Part shown: positions 9,043-18,168 of the stretch, in pieces
Numbering within the stretch: position 1 is the first letter of the stretch
Layout: each line of letters starts with the position of its first letter
Source of the DNA: a virus
IMG/VR virus record: IMGVR_UViG_3300034127_000011
Coordinates: 1 to 45,261 of that record
DNA length: 45,261 nucleotides
Strand: one strand, 5' to 3'
Made by a program: the position numbers and the translations under genes
The notes under the pieces: model-generated
What the model saw: only the letters and a program-made list of their open reading frames with translations
Database searches by the model: none
Told to the model about the DNA's origin: nothing

Positions 9043-10158
9043 TTAAACGCTAGTGATGCGGTACACGGCGAACGGACGGGTCACCATCACACCAGCCAGG
9101 GCGTTGGTATAGTCTTCTACGGTGGTCTTGACGCGCTTTTCAATGCCCAGCGGGTGGACCTTGGAAGCGATCAGTTGTTGGATGACCTGGCCGGCGTCAT
9201 CACCGGTTGCTTCAACCTTCTCAACGTAGATGTAGCAGACGTTGGCACCGCCGTTGGCCGCGTCGAATTCCGGCGCGTCTTCGGTACGTACGTTCGGATA
9301 GTTCTCTTTCAGCCACTCGCCAACCGTGGTGGTGCCCATGTCGTTGGGGATGCTCAGGAACTCGATAACGCTCACGCCGGTTGCCAGGGTGATCGGGGCT
9401 TTCTTCGGATCAATGTTGCCGCCCGAACGGGTGCGCAGTGCAGCGAACGCGGTGCGCAGGTCTTTGATGATTTCGAGGAAGGTTTTATCCATCCACTTGG
9501 TCGAACCACCAGCGCCAGCAGGCACGGTTGCATAGGCCAGCAGGCCGGGGTCGTTGAGCAGGCCGTAAGTGCGGTTGCTGCCGTTGTTGAACCCTTGGAA
9601 GCCCAGGCGGTTACGCGAGATTTCCAGCGCCATCATGGCCGCGTCGCGCTTCTCGCCCGCTGCGTTATCTTTCATCAGCGCGGCGCGTGCGTCTTCCAGT
9701 GCACCGATTTGGAAACCCTGTTCAAAGCGCACAATGTCGCGCTCTTCGTAGGTTGCGTTGTAGCTGGAAAAAGGCACGTTGCCGTGGTCGCTGTAAATCT
9801 GCGCAGCGCCGACCGATTCCATAACCTTTTGAACAACGCTGCCCATTTCCCAGGAACCAACAACGCGCTCGCCCAACAGGTCATCGATTTTACGAGCTGC
9901 TGTGAGAATACGAATGCTGCCGGGTAGCCACGCCTGCGTGAATTGCAGCAGCGTTGCAGCGCTCGGCGTGGTAATCATCGCGCCGTCCATCGCGAAGGTC
10001 ATACGGCGGAAATCAGCCTCGGTCAAGTCAACGCCGATGGCGTCCAGGCCCAAGCCACGGATACCGTGAGCTTTGATTTCCTCGGGGGTGATGTTCATCA
10101 CGCCAACATTTCGGGCGTGAGTAGTGGAACGGGTGCGGCTCGGTTGCAAGTGTGCCAT
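9043..10158 (-). CDS. Major capsid protein (DUF2184-like)
   Basis: 371 aa. It sits after the protease/scaffold and decoration genes, and AAGGGA lies upstream of the ATG at 10158. An alternative start is the Met at 10098. Confidence 0.75.
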   Translation of the reverse strand: MAHLQPSRTRSTTHARNVGVMNITPEEIKAHGIRGLGLDAIGVDLTEADFRRMTFAMDGAMITTPSAATLLQFTQAWLPGSIRILTAARKIDDLLGERVVGSWEMGSVVQKVMESVGAAQIYSDHGNVPFSSYNATYEERDIVRFEQGFQIGALEDARAALMKDNAAGEKRDAAMMALEISRNRLGFQGFNNGSNRTYGLLNDPGLLAYATVPAGAGGSTKWMDKTFLEIIKDLRTAFAALRTRSGGNIDPKKAPITLATGVSVIEFLSIPNDMGTTTVGEWLKENYPNVRTEDAPEFDAANGGANVCYIYVEKVEATGDDAGQVIQQLIASKVHPLGIEKRVKTTVEDYTNALAGVMVTRPFAVYRITSV

Positions 10159-10172
10159 GTTCGCGGCGTCCC

Positions 10173-10694
10173 TTAGTTGGTCAGTTTGATGCAGATGACG
10201 TCGCCGCCAGCCAGGTCAGTGCCGATGCGATACACCACGGCGTTAGGCACAGCCAGGCTCAAGGCCGGTACTGCGGTTTCAGCAGGTACAGTTGCGATAA
10301 CACCGGTTGCGATGGTGTAAATCACTTTGTCACCGATCTGCGCAGGGGCTGCAACGGTGACCCACGGCATGCCCATTTCGAAGAACGTTGCGATGCTGCC
10401 AGGCTTGACCAGCAGGCTTGGGGCCAGTGGGCCACCGGCTGCGGTGCCGTAGTTGATCAGCTCTTTTGGAGTGCCTGCGATACCACCGAACATCAGGTCG
10501 GCATTGCCAACGGTGTCGCCACCAGGGCCATAGAGTCCGGTGTCGCGGTTCTTGGTGAAGTAGCGGCCAAGCACGCAGTTAGCTGCGGTGGCTGCAGGGT
10601 CGATGGTGCCAGGGGTTGCGCGCAGCGGGCCGTCAAATGCCAGCTCACCCGGAATGCCTGCGCCAATGTCTTTGTTCACGGTTTGCTGAAACAT
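10173..10694 (-). CDS. Putative capsid decoration/cement protein
   Basis: 173-aa Gly/Ala-rich ORF between the scaffold/protease and major capsid genes. Confidence 0.45.
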   Translation of the reverse strand: MFQQTVNKDIGAGIPGELAFDGPLRATPGTIDPAATAANCVLGRYFTKNRDTGLYGPGGDTVGNADLMFGGIAGTPKELINYGTAAGGPLAPSLLVKPGSIATFFEMGMPWVTVAAPAQIGDKVIYTIATGVIATVPAETAVPALSLAVPNAVVYRIGTDLAGGDVICIKLTN

Positions 10695-11842
10695 TATGCT
10701 TTGCTCCGTTCTGCTTGCTTGAGTTGCATCAGGGTCGGCTTGCCGTCTGCTGCGTCCATACCGGTTGCCATGCCGTTACGGCTGACAGGCTCTTGGCTCG
10801 GGTCACCCTTGCCGAGCAGGAAACCTTTAAGGCTCGAAACCTCGGTACCCTTGTCGACGTTAAGACCAAGCTTTTTGACGCCGTACGCAGCAACCTCAGC
10901 CTCGGTTTTGCCCGAGTGGTCGAAGACACCGACGTGCGGTTTCAGTTTGGCGGCGAGAGCCTGGCCGCGCTGGATGGCTTGGAACTGCGCCATGACGCGA
11001 CTGTTCACCGCAGCGTCCATTGCTTCGGTAGTTACCGGGGCGGCGTCCTTGGCTACAACTTCCGGGGCTTCGTCCTTTGCAGGAACCTCGGGCTCAGCAT
11101 CTTTAGCCGGCACTTCTGGTTCGGCGTCCTTTGCAGGAACCTCGGGCTCAGCATCTTTAGCCGGCACTTCTGGTTCTTCGTCTTCGACCACAACCTTTGC
11201 AGGGTCAGTCGCTGGCGCAAGTTTGGCGATTGCCTCACCGAGCGCGGCCAAGAGTTTTTGAATTTCGTCCATTGCGGATGCACCTTTAATGTCGTTGTGG
11301 TCGAGAACTGCAACGCTTGACCCCATGCGCCCCTCATCAACTGAGGCCAAATGGTTGCCACGCAGATTCACTTGTATTAAATCATATTTCTCACCGTTGT
11401 ACTCACCGGGTTTCCAAACGTAGGCACACCGATAGCCCAACGACAACTCACGCTTACCTTGATCAACTTCGTTCTTGTGAGCTTCGGAAAACAATTTGAT
11501 GTTTGAGTAAACAGTTTCGTCGGATGGGTCGAACTCAACCTGTTCGCCAGTAACGCCGCCGATGCCCTTTTCCTCAGGCCGCATGTAACCCGACTCATCG
11601 CCGCCTAGCATGGTGTGGTCGTTGATCCACGGCAGCAGCGAGCAGCTTAGCAGGAACTCAGGTTTTGCCAGTTCCTCAGCGGGGCGCAAGACCATGTAGA
11701 CTTTTTCAGGGTCAATGTTCTGCTCAGCAATAATATCCTTGCCGAGACTTGAGCCCAGGTAAGGGAACACACCAACCTTGCTGATAGGGTTGCGCGCAAC
11801 TTCAAACCAGCCGTTGAAATCCTCGACCCGTTGCGTTGGCAT
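10694..11842 (-). CDS. Prohead protease/scaffold protein (DUF2213-like) with a tandem-repeat linker
   Basis: 382 aa. It lies between the MuF-like and capsid genes. The N-terminal domain is followed by a (EPEVPAKDA)n linker and a C-terminal helical region. Confidence 0.6.
   Translation of the reverse strand: MPTQRVEDFNGWFEVARNPISKVGVFPYLGSSLGKDIIAEQNIDPEKVYMVLRPAEELAKPEFLLSCSLLPWINDHTMLGGDESGYMRPEEKGIGGVTGEQVEFDPSDETVYSNIKLFSEAHKNEVDQGKRELSLGYRCAYVWKPGEYNGEKYDLIQVNLRGNHLASVDEGRMGSSVAVLDHNDIKGASAMDEIQKLLAALGEAIAKLAPATDPAKVVVEDEEPEVPAKDAEPEVPAKDAEPEVPAKDAEPEVPAKDEAPEVVAKDAAPVTTEAMDAAVNSRVMAQFQAIQRGQALAAKLKPHVGVFDHSGKTEAEVAAYGVKKLGLNVDKGTEVSSLKGFLLGKGDPSQEPVSRNGMATGMDAADGKPTLMQLKQAERSKA
11045..11180. 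repeat. In-frame tandem repeat: a 54-bp unit present twice, made of alternating 27-bp sub-units with degenerate flanking copies
   Basis: 11072-11125 is repeated at 11126 to about 11176. It encodes PEVPAKDAE about 4.5 times. Confidence 0.9.
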
Positions 11843-12687
11843 TATTCGTCTTCCTCATCGTCAAACGTAACTATTGGTCGCATTGTACACCGGCAATTGT
11901 AATCGTCACCAGGCAACCCGCGCTCGCCGGTTTTCTTGTCAATAATGGGTGGGTCGTTGATGTCGAATATCCCGCCGTTCAACCCACCCTGTGCGGGTGG
12001 GTCCTTGTGATACTTGCGCGGCTCTTGGCTGCCACCACTGTGCACCCACTCAAATTTGCTGATGCCATTGGCGCGCATCTTGGCGGTATTGATTGCGGTG
12101 TACGCCTTGCGCGTCTGGTCGAGGGCTACAAGCTGCGCGTGCCGCTTTGCCTCACCGTATCGCTCTTCCATTTTAGTTTGAAGGTCAGCGAGCCCGTTGC
12201 CTTTGCTCAGTGAGTCGTTGACATCCTTTTTCACCTTATCCAAAAACTCAGCAGGGATACGGGTAATCAGGTCAACGTTGTCAGATATGCGAGACTTGAT
12301 AGCCTTGTTGACCGCAGGCGTGTTTTTCATATTGAGCGTCAAGTCGGCGCTCGTTGATTTCAGTGACCGTTCAAGGTTGCTCGTTGCGTTGGCGTTGACC
12401 CTGGTAAGAAACCCCGTGGCCAACGCGGTCGCTTTGCTCGCGAACTTGGATGCCAGGCGATTAGCGAGCCGAGTCCAAAAGTCGTCTGCCGCGTCTGCCG
12501 CAGCAGTATTTGCAAACTCTGCTTTAACTGCCGCAGCAGTCTCAGCGTGCATTTCGGCGGTGAGCGCTTCAAGCTCACGAGCGTATGCAGCCCCCACCGA
12601 CACCGAGGGCTTGAGGGTTAGTGCCCGCTTGGACTCAGTGCCGAGCGGGTCAACCTTACGCACGAGGCGTACTTTCTTCTTAATCAC
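11842..12687 (-). CDS. Head morphogenesis protein (SPP1 gp7 / Mu gpF family)
   Basis: 281 aa. It has the C-terminal DDYNCRCT motif characteristic of MuF-like proteins and lies directly after the portal gene. Confidence 0.8.
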   Translation of the reverse strand: MIKKKVRLVRKVDPLGTESKRALTLKPSVSVGAAYARELEALTAEMHAETAAAVKAEFANTAAADAADDFWTRLANRLASKFASKATALATGFLTRVNANATSNLERSLKSTSADLTLNMKNTPAVNKAIKSRISDNVDLITRIPAEFLDKVKKDVNDSLSKGNGLADLQTKMEERYGEAKRHAQLVALDQTRKAYTAINTAKMRANGISKFEWVHSGGSQEPRKYHKDPPAQGGLNGGIFDINDPPIIDKKTGERGLPGDDYNCRCTMRPIVTFDDEEDE

Positions 12688-14540
12688 AGCGGGGAGCCGC
12701 TCGCAGCGTCGAAGTAATCCGACTCACCGTAACCGCCCTCAATCAGCTCAGGCGGTACGCCGTCAAGGTTGGCAGCCTCTAACGAATGGTGCCCGTCGAT
12801 GACCACGCGGTATTGCTTGCCCGTCACAACGTCCATGATGACCGGCGACACCTGCACCTTGTAATCCTTTTCACCGCGCTTGGCCTCAACAATCTGCGGG
12901 TCTAGTCGCAACTGGTTGGTGATCAACTGAGGCTCATCAACCCCGGCGTCAAAGCCTGGCTGTGCGGGTGCTGGGGGTTGCCCGATCTTGGCGGCGTCTG
13001 GTTGCCCGTCTAAGTCCTCATCAGGGCGCAGCGCCTCAGCGATCCCTGTATAGCCGCTATCCTTGTCGGCGCGGATGCGGTCGCGGGCGTCGTAGCCATC
13101 AATAGCGCCAGCAGTCACAAGTGCGTCATCCGTCTGCGCTTTGAGCAGGTTGATTTCCGCGTACTCTTTGGCGGTTGGGCTGTCGAGCGGCGACCAGCTC
13201 ACGACGGTATCCAGCGGCTGCCACTCAACGTCACGCTTGCGCATGGCTGGCAACACCGCGCTGTACATGAGCAACTGGTGGTGACGCTCAACCAAGTCGG
13301 TTAGGAAGCTCTGAATTGATTCAAGCTCTTCGTGATAGGTGGCTTCGTCATACTCGCCTGTTGCGTTGAAACCCTTGGGCGCTGTCATCAACAGCTTAGT
13401 GCCTGGCACGTTGAGAATCGCCGCAACCAACTGGAATTGCGACATGATCACAACGTCAAGGTCTGCCAGGCTCGTGTCGTATTGGGTGTACTTGTCGTCA
13501 ACGTCGCCTATGGTCCGCGCATAGTTGTTCTGTAGCTCAGCCTGCTCAGCAAGCCGCGCACCGTATTTAGGACCGAGCGCGATGCCTTCCTCAAGCTCGG
13601 TTTGCAGGATCACCGTCCGCTTGGTCAGGGCGAGTTGTGGCGCCTCGTTGGCCGTACGCTCAGCAGCATAGACGCGTTCGAAAACTTTTTGCGGAACCGG
13701 GATACCTCCGTATAGATACGACGGTTTGAGGATGTCGACAACATCACCCTCACGGTAAATGACCAAGTGCGAACGGTGGTAGCGCTTGCCGTTGATCACC
13801 CAATACTTCGGCTCGTAGAAGTGCATTGAGTCGGGGCGTGAGCTGCCGGCCTGGTCGAGTTCGGGGATACACCAATACGGGTCGACCTGCACAATGCCCT
13901 TGTAACTGCCAGGTGTCACCGAGTCGATATTAAACGGCAGCTCGTAGAACAGCGGGTCGGTGCTTTCAATTTGAAAGAACGCAATCCGAATGCCGAAAAT
14001 CTTACCCTTGTAAACCCACTCAACCATGTTCTTGTGCAGCTTGAATCGCTTGTCTAGCCGCTTGAGCATCTTGAGAACGTCAGGCGCCTCAAGGTCACCG
14101 CCATCAGGTGCATGGATGTCGAACCCGTGGCGAACAGCATCACGCGCCGGAATCAAGCAACCCTTATCAATCAGCCAGTGTTGCGCAAGCATGCCTGCCA
14201 ACTGGTGACCAATAAACGTTTGGCTCAAAAACCAGTCGATGATAGCGGGCGTCGGGCCTTGATCAATGGCCGCGCCGTAGCCTTGTTTGATAAACCCGTT
14301 CGCACCCTCAGCGCTGTCAAGGTGATCTTGTGCAGCGGTGTCGCTGGCCTTTGGGCGTGGTGCGATCTGCATCAGCGAAATCATGCGGTCAACCAGGCTC
14401 ACGCGGTCAGGCGGCAACGAACCCTCAGACTGATCGGTTGAGAACATGCCCGAACGCCGGGGCTTGCTTGGTTCTGGTTCCAGCACGGGCACGGGATCAC
14501 CCTTTGGCCCCAGCAACCAGCTAAAGAAACGTTTGAACAT
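12684..14540 (-). CDS. Portal protein (DUF1073-like) with a C-terminal ParB/Srx-like extension
   Basis: 618 aa from the ATG at 14540, which has AAGAGGG 7 nt upstream and lies 12 nt after the terL stop. Size and position after terL fit a portal. A C-terminal 79-aa module follows a Pro/Ala/Gln-rich linker. Confidence 0.8.
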   Translation of the reverse strand: MFKRFFSWLLGPKGDPVPVLEPEPSKPRRSGMFSTDQSEGSLPPDRVSLVDRMISLMQIAPRPKASDTAAQDHLDSAEGANGFIKQGYGAAIDQGPTPAIIDWFLSQTFIGHQLAGMLAQHWLIDKGCLIPARDAVRHGFDIHAPDGGDLEAPDVLKMLKRLDKRFKLHKNMVEWVYKGKIFGIRIAFFQIESTDPLFYELPFNIDSVTPGSYKGIVQVDPYWCIPELDQAGSSRPDSMHFYEPKYWVINGKRYHRSHLVIYREGDVVDILKPSYLYGGIPVPQKVFERVYAAERTANEAPQLALTKRTVILQTELEEGIALGPKYGARLAEQAELQNNYARTIGDVDDKYTQYDTSLADLDVVIMSQFQLVAAILNVPGTKLLMTAPKGFNATGEYDEATYHEELESIQSFLTDLVERHHQLLMYSAVLPAMRKRDVEWQPLDTVVSWSPLDSPTAKEYAEINLLKAQTDDALVTAGAIDGYDARDRIRADKDSGYTGIAEALRPDEDLDGQPDAAKIGQPPAPAQPGFDAGVDEPQLITNQLRLDPQIVEAKRGEKDYKVQVSPVIMDVVTGKQYRVVIDGHHSLEAANLDGVPPELIEGGYGESDYFDAASGSPL

Positions 14541-14551
14541 GGTGAACCCTC

Positions 14552-16141
14552 TTAGAAGCCTGAGCGGCGTGCGCGCTTGGAATAAAGCATCATGCATTGG
14601 TCCGCATAGTTTGGCGAGCGTGAGCCCTGCGGTGCCTTGTCTATGAGAATCTTACCACTACCGTTTTGCGACCACGTGGGTTGACTGAGTTCCTGCGTCA
14701 ATTTAGTCAGTGCTTTCTTCTCAATCTTGCTGCTATCAAGGCTGATGATTTCAGCAGGGTCATACGGTAGACCCTCAACGACGGCGCGGTATGTCATCTT
14801 GAAGCGTTCCATCAGACGCCACCATTCTTGCGCTTTACGGTTGGCAAAGAAGTCCTCGTTTGTTCGACCCTTGCGCCCCTGCTCGCCTTTGAAAACCTCC
14901 TTGTCCTTTTCGATCACAGCGCCCGAGCCACGGAATGGGCTCACCTTCTGCACGTGCTTGCCGCGCTTCTCGTTGAGAACCCTGGCATCACCGCGAACGC
15001 CAACACCCAGGCCGTCACTGTCAAATTCCCAATCCTGTATGTCGTTGTCGTCAGCAAGCTTAAACGCGTAGGCCGTCGTGGCAAACGTGTCAGACCCTTT
15101 ACCTGACCAGGCTTCAACGAACTGCATGACCACGCCGTGACGGCAGCCCCAACAGTTGAGGTCGATACCTTCGTCAGCAACGTCAAGCGCGCCCCGGCGC
15201 TCACCGCTCGCAGTGAAGCCAAGTTTAACGTGCGCATCAATTGCAGCCTGCACCCACTCGCTAGGAATGAGAATGCCGGATTTCGAAGCCGAGAAATTCA
15301 AGTCGATTTCTTGAGCAACAATTATAGGGTTGTCGATGTCTTCGCATTTCTTCTTGTACCAGGCGTCATCTTTGCGCGGGTCATCGCGCCAGTGAAAGAA
15401 GAACACCCGGCGTTCATCCCAACTGTGCACCTTGTCACCGAACGGGTTATCACGACCGTTGACAGAACTGACGCTTATTCGGCAGTTGGTCGTTGCCGAG
15501 AGCGCAGCGTCGATTAGCTGCGGGCGCGGTTGAAAGGCTGACTCATCGTCGAAGTACAGCGCGGTACGACCACCCCGCCCAATGTTGTCGCCGGCCTCAC
15601 CTTTAATGATGCTCTTCGTTTCGGGGATCAGAATTTTTAGGTGCGATGAGTGGTCCTTGTTGGACGACACGAAGCCGCCCCGGAACTCTTCGGGCAGGTG
15701 CTCAAGAAACATTCGTCCTTTATAGAACAGGGTGTCAGGGTCACCCACCTTGTCTACCAAGTCCTCTTTGCGTGAGCCAAACCCGATGTTCATGTTGTTG
15801 CGGAATAGGCACAGCGTCGCGGCAAGCTGCTGACAGACCACAGACAAACCCATGTCCCGAGACTTTGGCGCAACCCCGGACTCACCAGCACGCCAACGTT
15901 CAAGCACCCAATCAATAAAGTCGAGCTGCTTAGGAAACAAGATCATCGGGACGATTGGCGAAAGCCCGCGCTCAATCAACCGTGGGTCGTAAGTAACGCC
16001 CCAATCGTTGATAAAGTCGTGCGGGTTCTCGCGGTAGTGGAATTTCAGCGCGGGGATGATTTCAGGCTTCTTGCGAATAGCGGTCAGGTTGTCTAACCGC
16101 TCTTGCAGGATGCCCCGGTAATCGGGGTTTTTCCAATCCAT
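14552..16141 (-). CDS. terL: Terminase large subunit
   Basis: 529 aa. It has an N-terminal ATPase region (GVAPKSRDMGLS) and a C-terminal nuclease-sized domain, and lies upstream of the portal gene. Confidence 0.85.
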   Translation of the reverse strand: MDWKNPDYRGILQERLDNLTAIRKKPEIIPALKFHYRENPHDFINDWGVTYDPRLIERGLSPIVPMILFPKQLDFIDWVLERWRAGESGVAPKSRDMGLSVVCQQLAATLCLFRNNMNIGFGSRKEDLVDKVGDPDTLFYKGRMFLEHLPEEFRGGFVSSNKDHSSHLKILIPETKSIIKGEAGDNIGRGGRTALYFDDESAFQPRPQLIDAALSATTNCRISVSSVNGRDNPFGDKVHSWDERRVFFFHWRDDPRKDDAWYKKKCEDIDNPIIVAQEIDLNFSASKSGILIPSEWVQAAIDAHVKLGFTASGERRGALDVADEGIDLNCWGCRHGVVMQFVEAWSGKGSDTFATTAYAFKLADDNDIQDWEFDSDGLGVGVRGDARVLNEKRGKHVQKVSPFRGSGAVIEKDKEVFKGEQGRKGRTNEDFFANRKAQEWWRLMERFKMTYRAVVEGLPYDPAEIISLDSSKIEKKALTKLTQELSQPTWSQNGSGKILIDKAPQGSRSPNYADQCMMLYSKRARRSGF

Positions 16142-16353
16142 TAATTCCAGCGCTCCCGCTTTCCAATCCTTGAACGCTTGGAATTAGCGGTGCGTGTGTT
16201 TGAGCGGTGAAGTTCACCAGGGTGAAAGGTTTCCTGCTCAACCACAAGACGCTCACGGCTCAATACTTCTGGCGGTTCGCGCACGGCTACATCCCGTAGC
16301 GCTGCAATCAACAGCAAGGTATGTGAGCAGCCTACAATCAACACTTTATTCAC
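16141..16353 (-). CDS. Hypothetical small protein (70 aa, GTG start)
   Basis: GTGA overlap with the upstream stop and TAATG overlap with the terL start. Confidence 0.45.
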   Translation of the reverse strand: MNKVLIVGCSHTLLLIAALRDVAVREPPEVLSRERLVVEQETFHPGELHRSNTRTANSKRSRIGKRERWN

Positions 16354-16562
16354 GACTTCACCTCACCTATCCAGTTCCAGCAGTCTTGCTTGTACGCTTT
16401 GTCATAGCTCTTGCACCGGCAATGCTCACCGAGTTCACAGCGCTCAACGTTGGCCACGCTTGCCGGGGTGCGCGTAACCTCAATCATCTTGTGCCGCTCA
16501 ACGCTCAGATAGACGTGGTGCTTTGTGACCTTCTTCACATCAATTCCGAATTTGGTTTGCAT
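16350..16562 (-). CDS. Hypothetical small protein (70 aa)
   Basis: ORF in a coupled chain between terS and terL. Confidence 0.55.
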   Translation of the reverse strand: MQTKFGIDVKKVTKHHVYLSVERHKMIEVTRTPASVANVERCELGEHCRCKSYDKAYKQDCWNWIGEVKS

Positions 16563-16566
16563 TGCC

Positions 16567-16752
16567 CTATCTCCAATTCAAATCTTTGACGACTTCGTTG
16601 ACGTACTCACGGCGATTGTCATCAACCTTGGCAGGGTCGCTGTGCAACGTGTCAGCCGAGTCACGACCAGCTTTATAAGCCTCGTGAATCTTGGCGCGGA
16701 ATTTGCGAACACTCATATGCAGTTCGCTTGTACCACTGCGGTTGTTGTTCAT
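16567..16752 (-). CDS. Hypothetical small protein (61 aa)
   Basis: ATGA overlap with the upstream gene. Confidence 0.5.
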   Translation of the reverse strand: MNNNRSGTSELHMSVRKFRAKIHEAYKAGRDSADTLHSDPAKVDDNRREYVNEVVKDLNWR

Positions 16753-17000
16753 CTTGGGTAGTCCTCAGCACGCACAACACCCTTGTCAATCAAGCGCTCA
16801 TCGCGGGCACTCACCTCAGCAAGCACGCCGCCCCATCGCTCTACCGACCGCAACAAGTTGTGCATGACCGCAACGCTCAATGTGAAGTTGTCACCGTTTT
16901 CAAATTTGAAACAAACGGCACCTAGTGGCAGTTCTGGCGCTACGATCTTTGCAGGGTGCACGTCAAGGCGCACTGCTTTTGCGTCGGTAATAATTCGCAT
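16749..17000 (-). CDS. Hypothetical small protein (83 aa)
   Basis: The ATG at 17000 overlaps the upstream TGA (TGATG). Confidence 0.55.
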   Translation of the reverse strand: MRIITDAKAVRLDVHPAKIVAPELPLGAVCFKFENGDNFTLSVAVMHNLLRSVERWGGVLAEVSARDERLIDKGVVRAEDYPR

Positions 17001-17374
17001 CACAACACCCCTACAGATTTGCAAATGTTGGCCAGGGCCTGCGACCGCGTGTGGTCCCCTTTCTGCGCGTACAGGATTGCCATCGCTTTTAGGTCAGGCG
17101 CCAAGAGGGCCAGCACATCGCGCAGGGTGTCGCGTTCGCCTTGAGCCACTGTGGCGCGATCAATCCAAAGTGTTGCGCGCTGGTTGGCTGCCGACAACTG
17201 AGCCTTGAGCGATTCAAGCTCAGCGTTCAATTCGTCAACGTGCGCTGAGACATCAGCGACCTTATAAAAATGCTCACGCGCCTCAGGTTCCGGCAGTGTT
17301 TCAAGCTCAGCCATATGAGGGCTAAAGCAACCTGAGTCGTTGTACGGGCATAGCGCATACTTTTGCATTGTCAT
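17000..17374 (-). CDS. Hypothetical coiled-coil protein (124 aa)
   Basis: ATGA overlap with the terS stop. It has a heptad-like ELNAELESLKAQLSAANQ segment. Confidence 0.6.
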   Translation of the reverse strand: MTMQKYALCPYNDSGCFSPHMAELETLPEPEAREHFYKVADVSAHVDELNAELESLKAQLSAANQRATLWIDRATVAQGERDTLRDVLALLAPDLKAMAILYAQKGDHTRSQALANICKSVGVL

Positions 17375-18144
17375 CCCCTTGCGTTCTTTTTGATGAATTC
17401 CGCGTAAACGTTCGCGGCTTCAACCGGGTCAGCCGGCAGCGGCATAGTAGCAGTTAGTAACGGCTCACCGTTAGCACCACTTACTTGCAATTTATCAGGT
17501 GTCATACCGTGGAACTTGGCCAGGTTGGCGAGCGCTGCATCCTGATCGCGTGTCAGTACCTGCATCCCCTGCGCGGTCTGCTTGACCCCTGCGTACAGGC
17601 GCCGGCCTGCGCGGCTCAGTTTGCGGGTGTCGGCAAAGAACGTATCTAGATGTCCCTCACCTTTGCACTCGCTGCACTCAGGGTGCGGGCGGAACGTGAA
17701 GTTGAAGCCATAGCCGCCCTCATCGCTCGGGATGTCCTGGCGGGGCTCACCCTTCCCAGGCTTGCTTTTAAGTGCCTGGCCCAGCGCATACGCAAATTCT
17801 GCTTTGTCTTTCCACTGGTAATGATGACCACGCCCGTAACAATGACGGCAGCAGCGCCGCAAATTGCTCATCAGCTCGTTAGGATCGGCGGTCGCGATGT
17901 CCTGCCAAATTTCCAAAATTTGCTGAATTCCAAATTCAGCGTCCTTGCTCACCTTTTTTTGCAACGTCTCAATAAGCTCTTTTACTGGCTTGCGCTTCTT
18001 AATCCCAGCAGCTTTGATGCTGATTTCAGGGTTCGTCAAATTTTTACAGGGAAATGAAAATTTGTAGGCTTCCATTTGTTTACCACACTCGACGTATTTC
18101 TGGGCAAATTCAGCCTCGTTCTTTGAAATTCGACGTGTTTTCAT
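17371..18144 (-). CDS. terS: Terminase small subunit with an inserted 4-Cys zinc ribbon
   Basis: 257 aa from the ATG at 18144. It has an N-terminal HTH-like KNEAEFAQKYVECGKQMEAYKFSF and the Cys cluster CCRHCYG...CSECKGEGH. It is the first gene of the late operon. Confidence 0.65.
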   Translation of the reverse strand: MKTRRISKNEAEFAQKYVECGKQMEAYKFSFPCKNLTNPEISIKAAGIKKRKPVKELIETLQKKVSKDAEFGIQQILEIWQDIATADPNELMSNLRRCCRHCYGRGHHYQWKDKAEFAYALGQALKSKPGKGEPRQDIPSDEGGYGFNFTFRPHPECSECKGEGHLDTFFADTRKLSRAGRRLYAGVKQTAQGMQVLTRDQDAALANLAKFHGMTPDKLQVSGANGEPLLTATMPLPADPVEAANVYAEFIKKNARG

Positions 18145-18168
18145 ATTCTCAGCTCTCAAATGTGAAAA

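Noticed and set aside
9040-9927. 295-aa plus-strand ORF
   Set aside because: It is entirely antisense to the major capsid gene. It has Arg/Gly/Val-rich composition typical of spurious antisense frames in GC-rich DNA, no RBS and no operon context.
10152-11320. 369-aa and 234-aa plus-strand ORFs
   Set aside because: They are antisense to the decoration and protease/scaffold genes. Their low-complexity Ser/Gly/Ala repeats mirror the tandem repeat on the coding strand.
14541-14597. Upstream portal start at 14597
   Set aside because: It would overlap terL by 46 nt. The ATG at 14540 has an AAGAGGG RBS and lies just after the terL stop.
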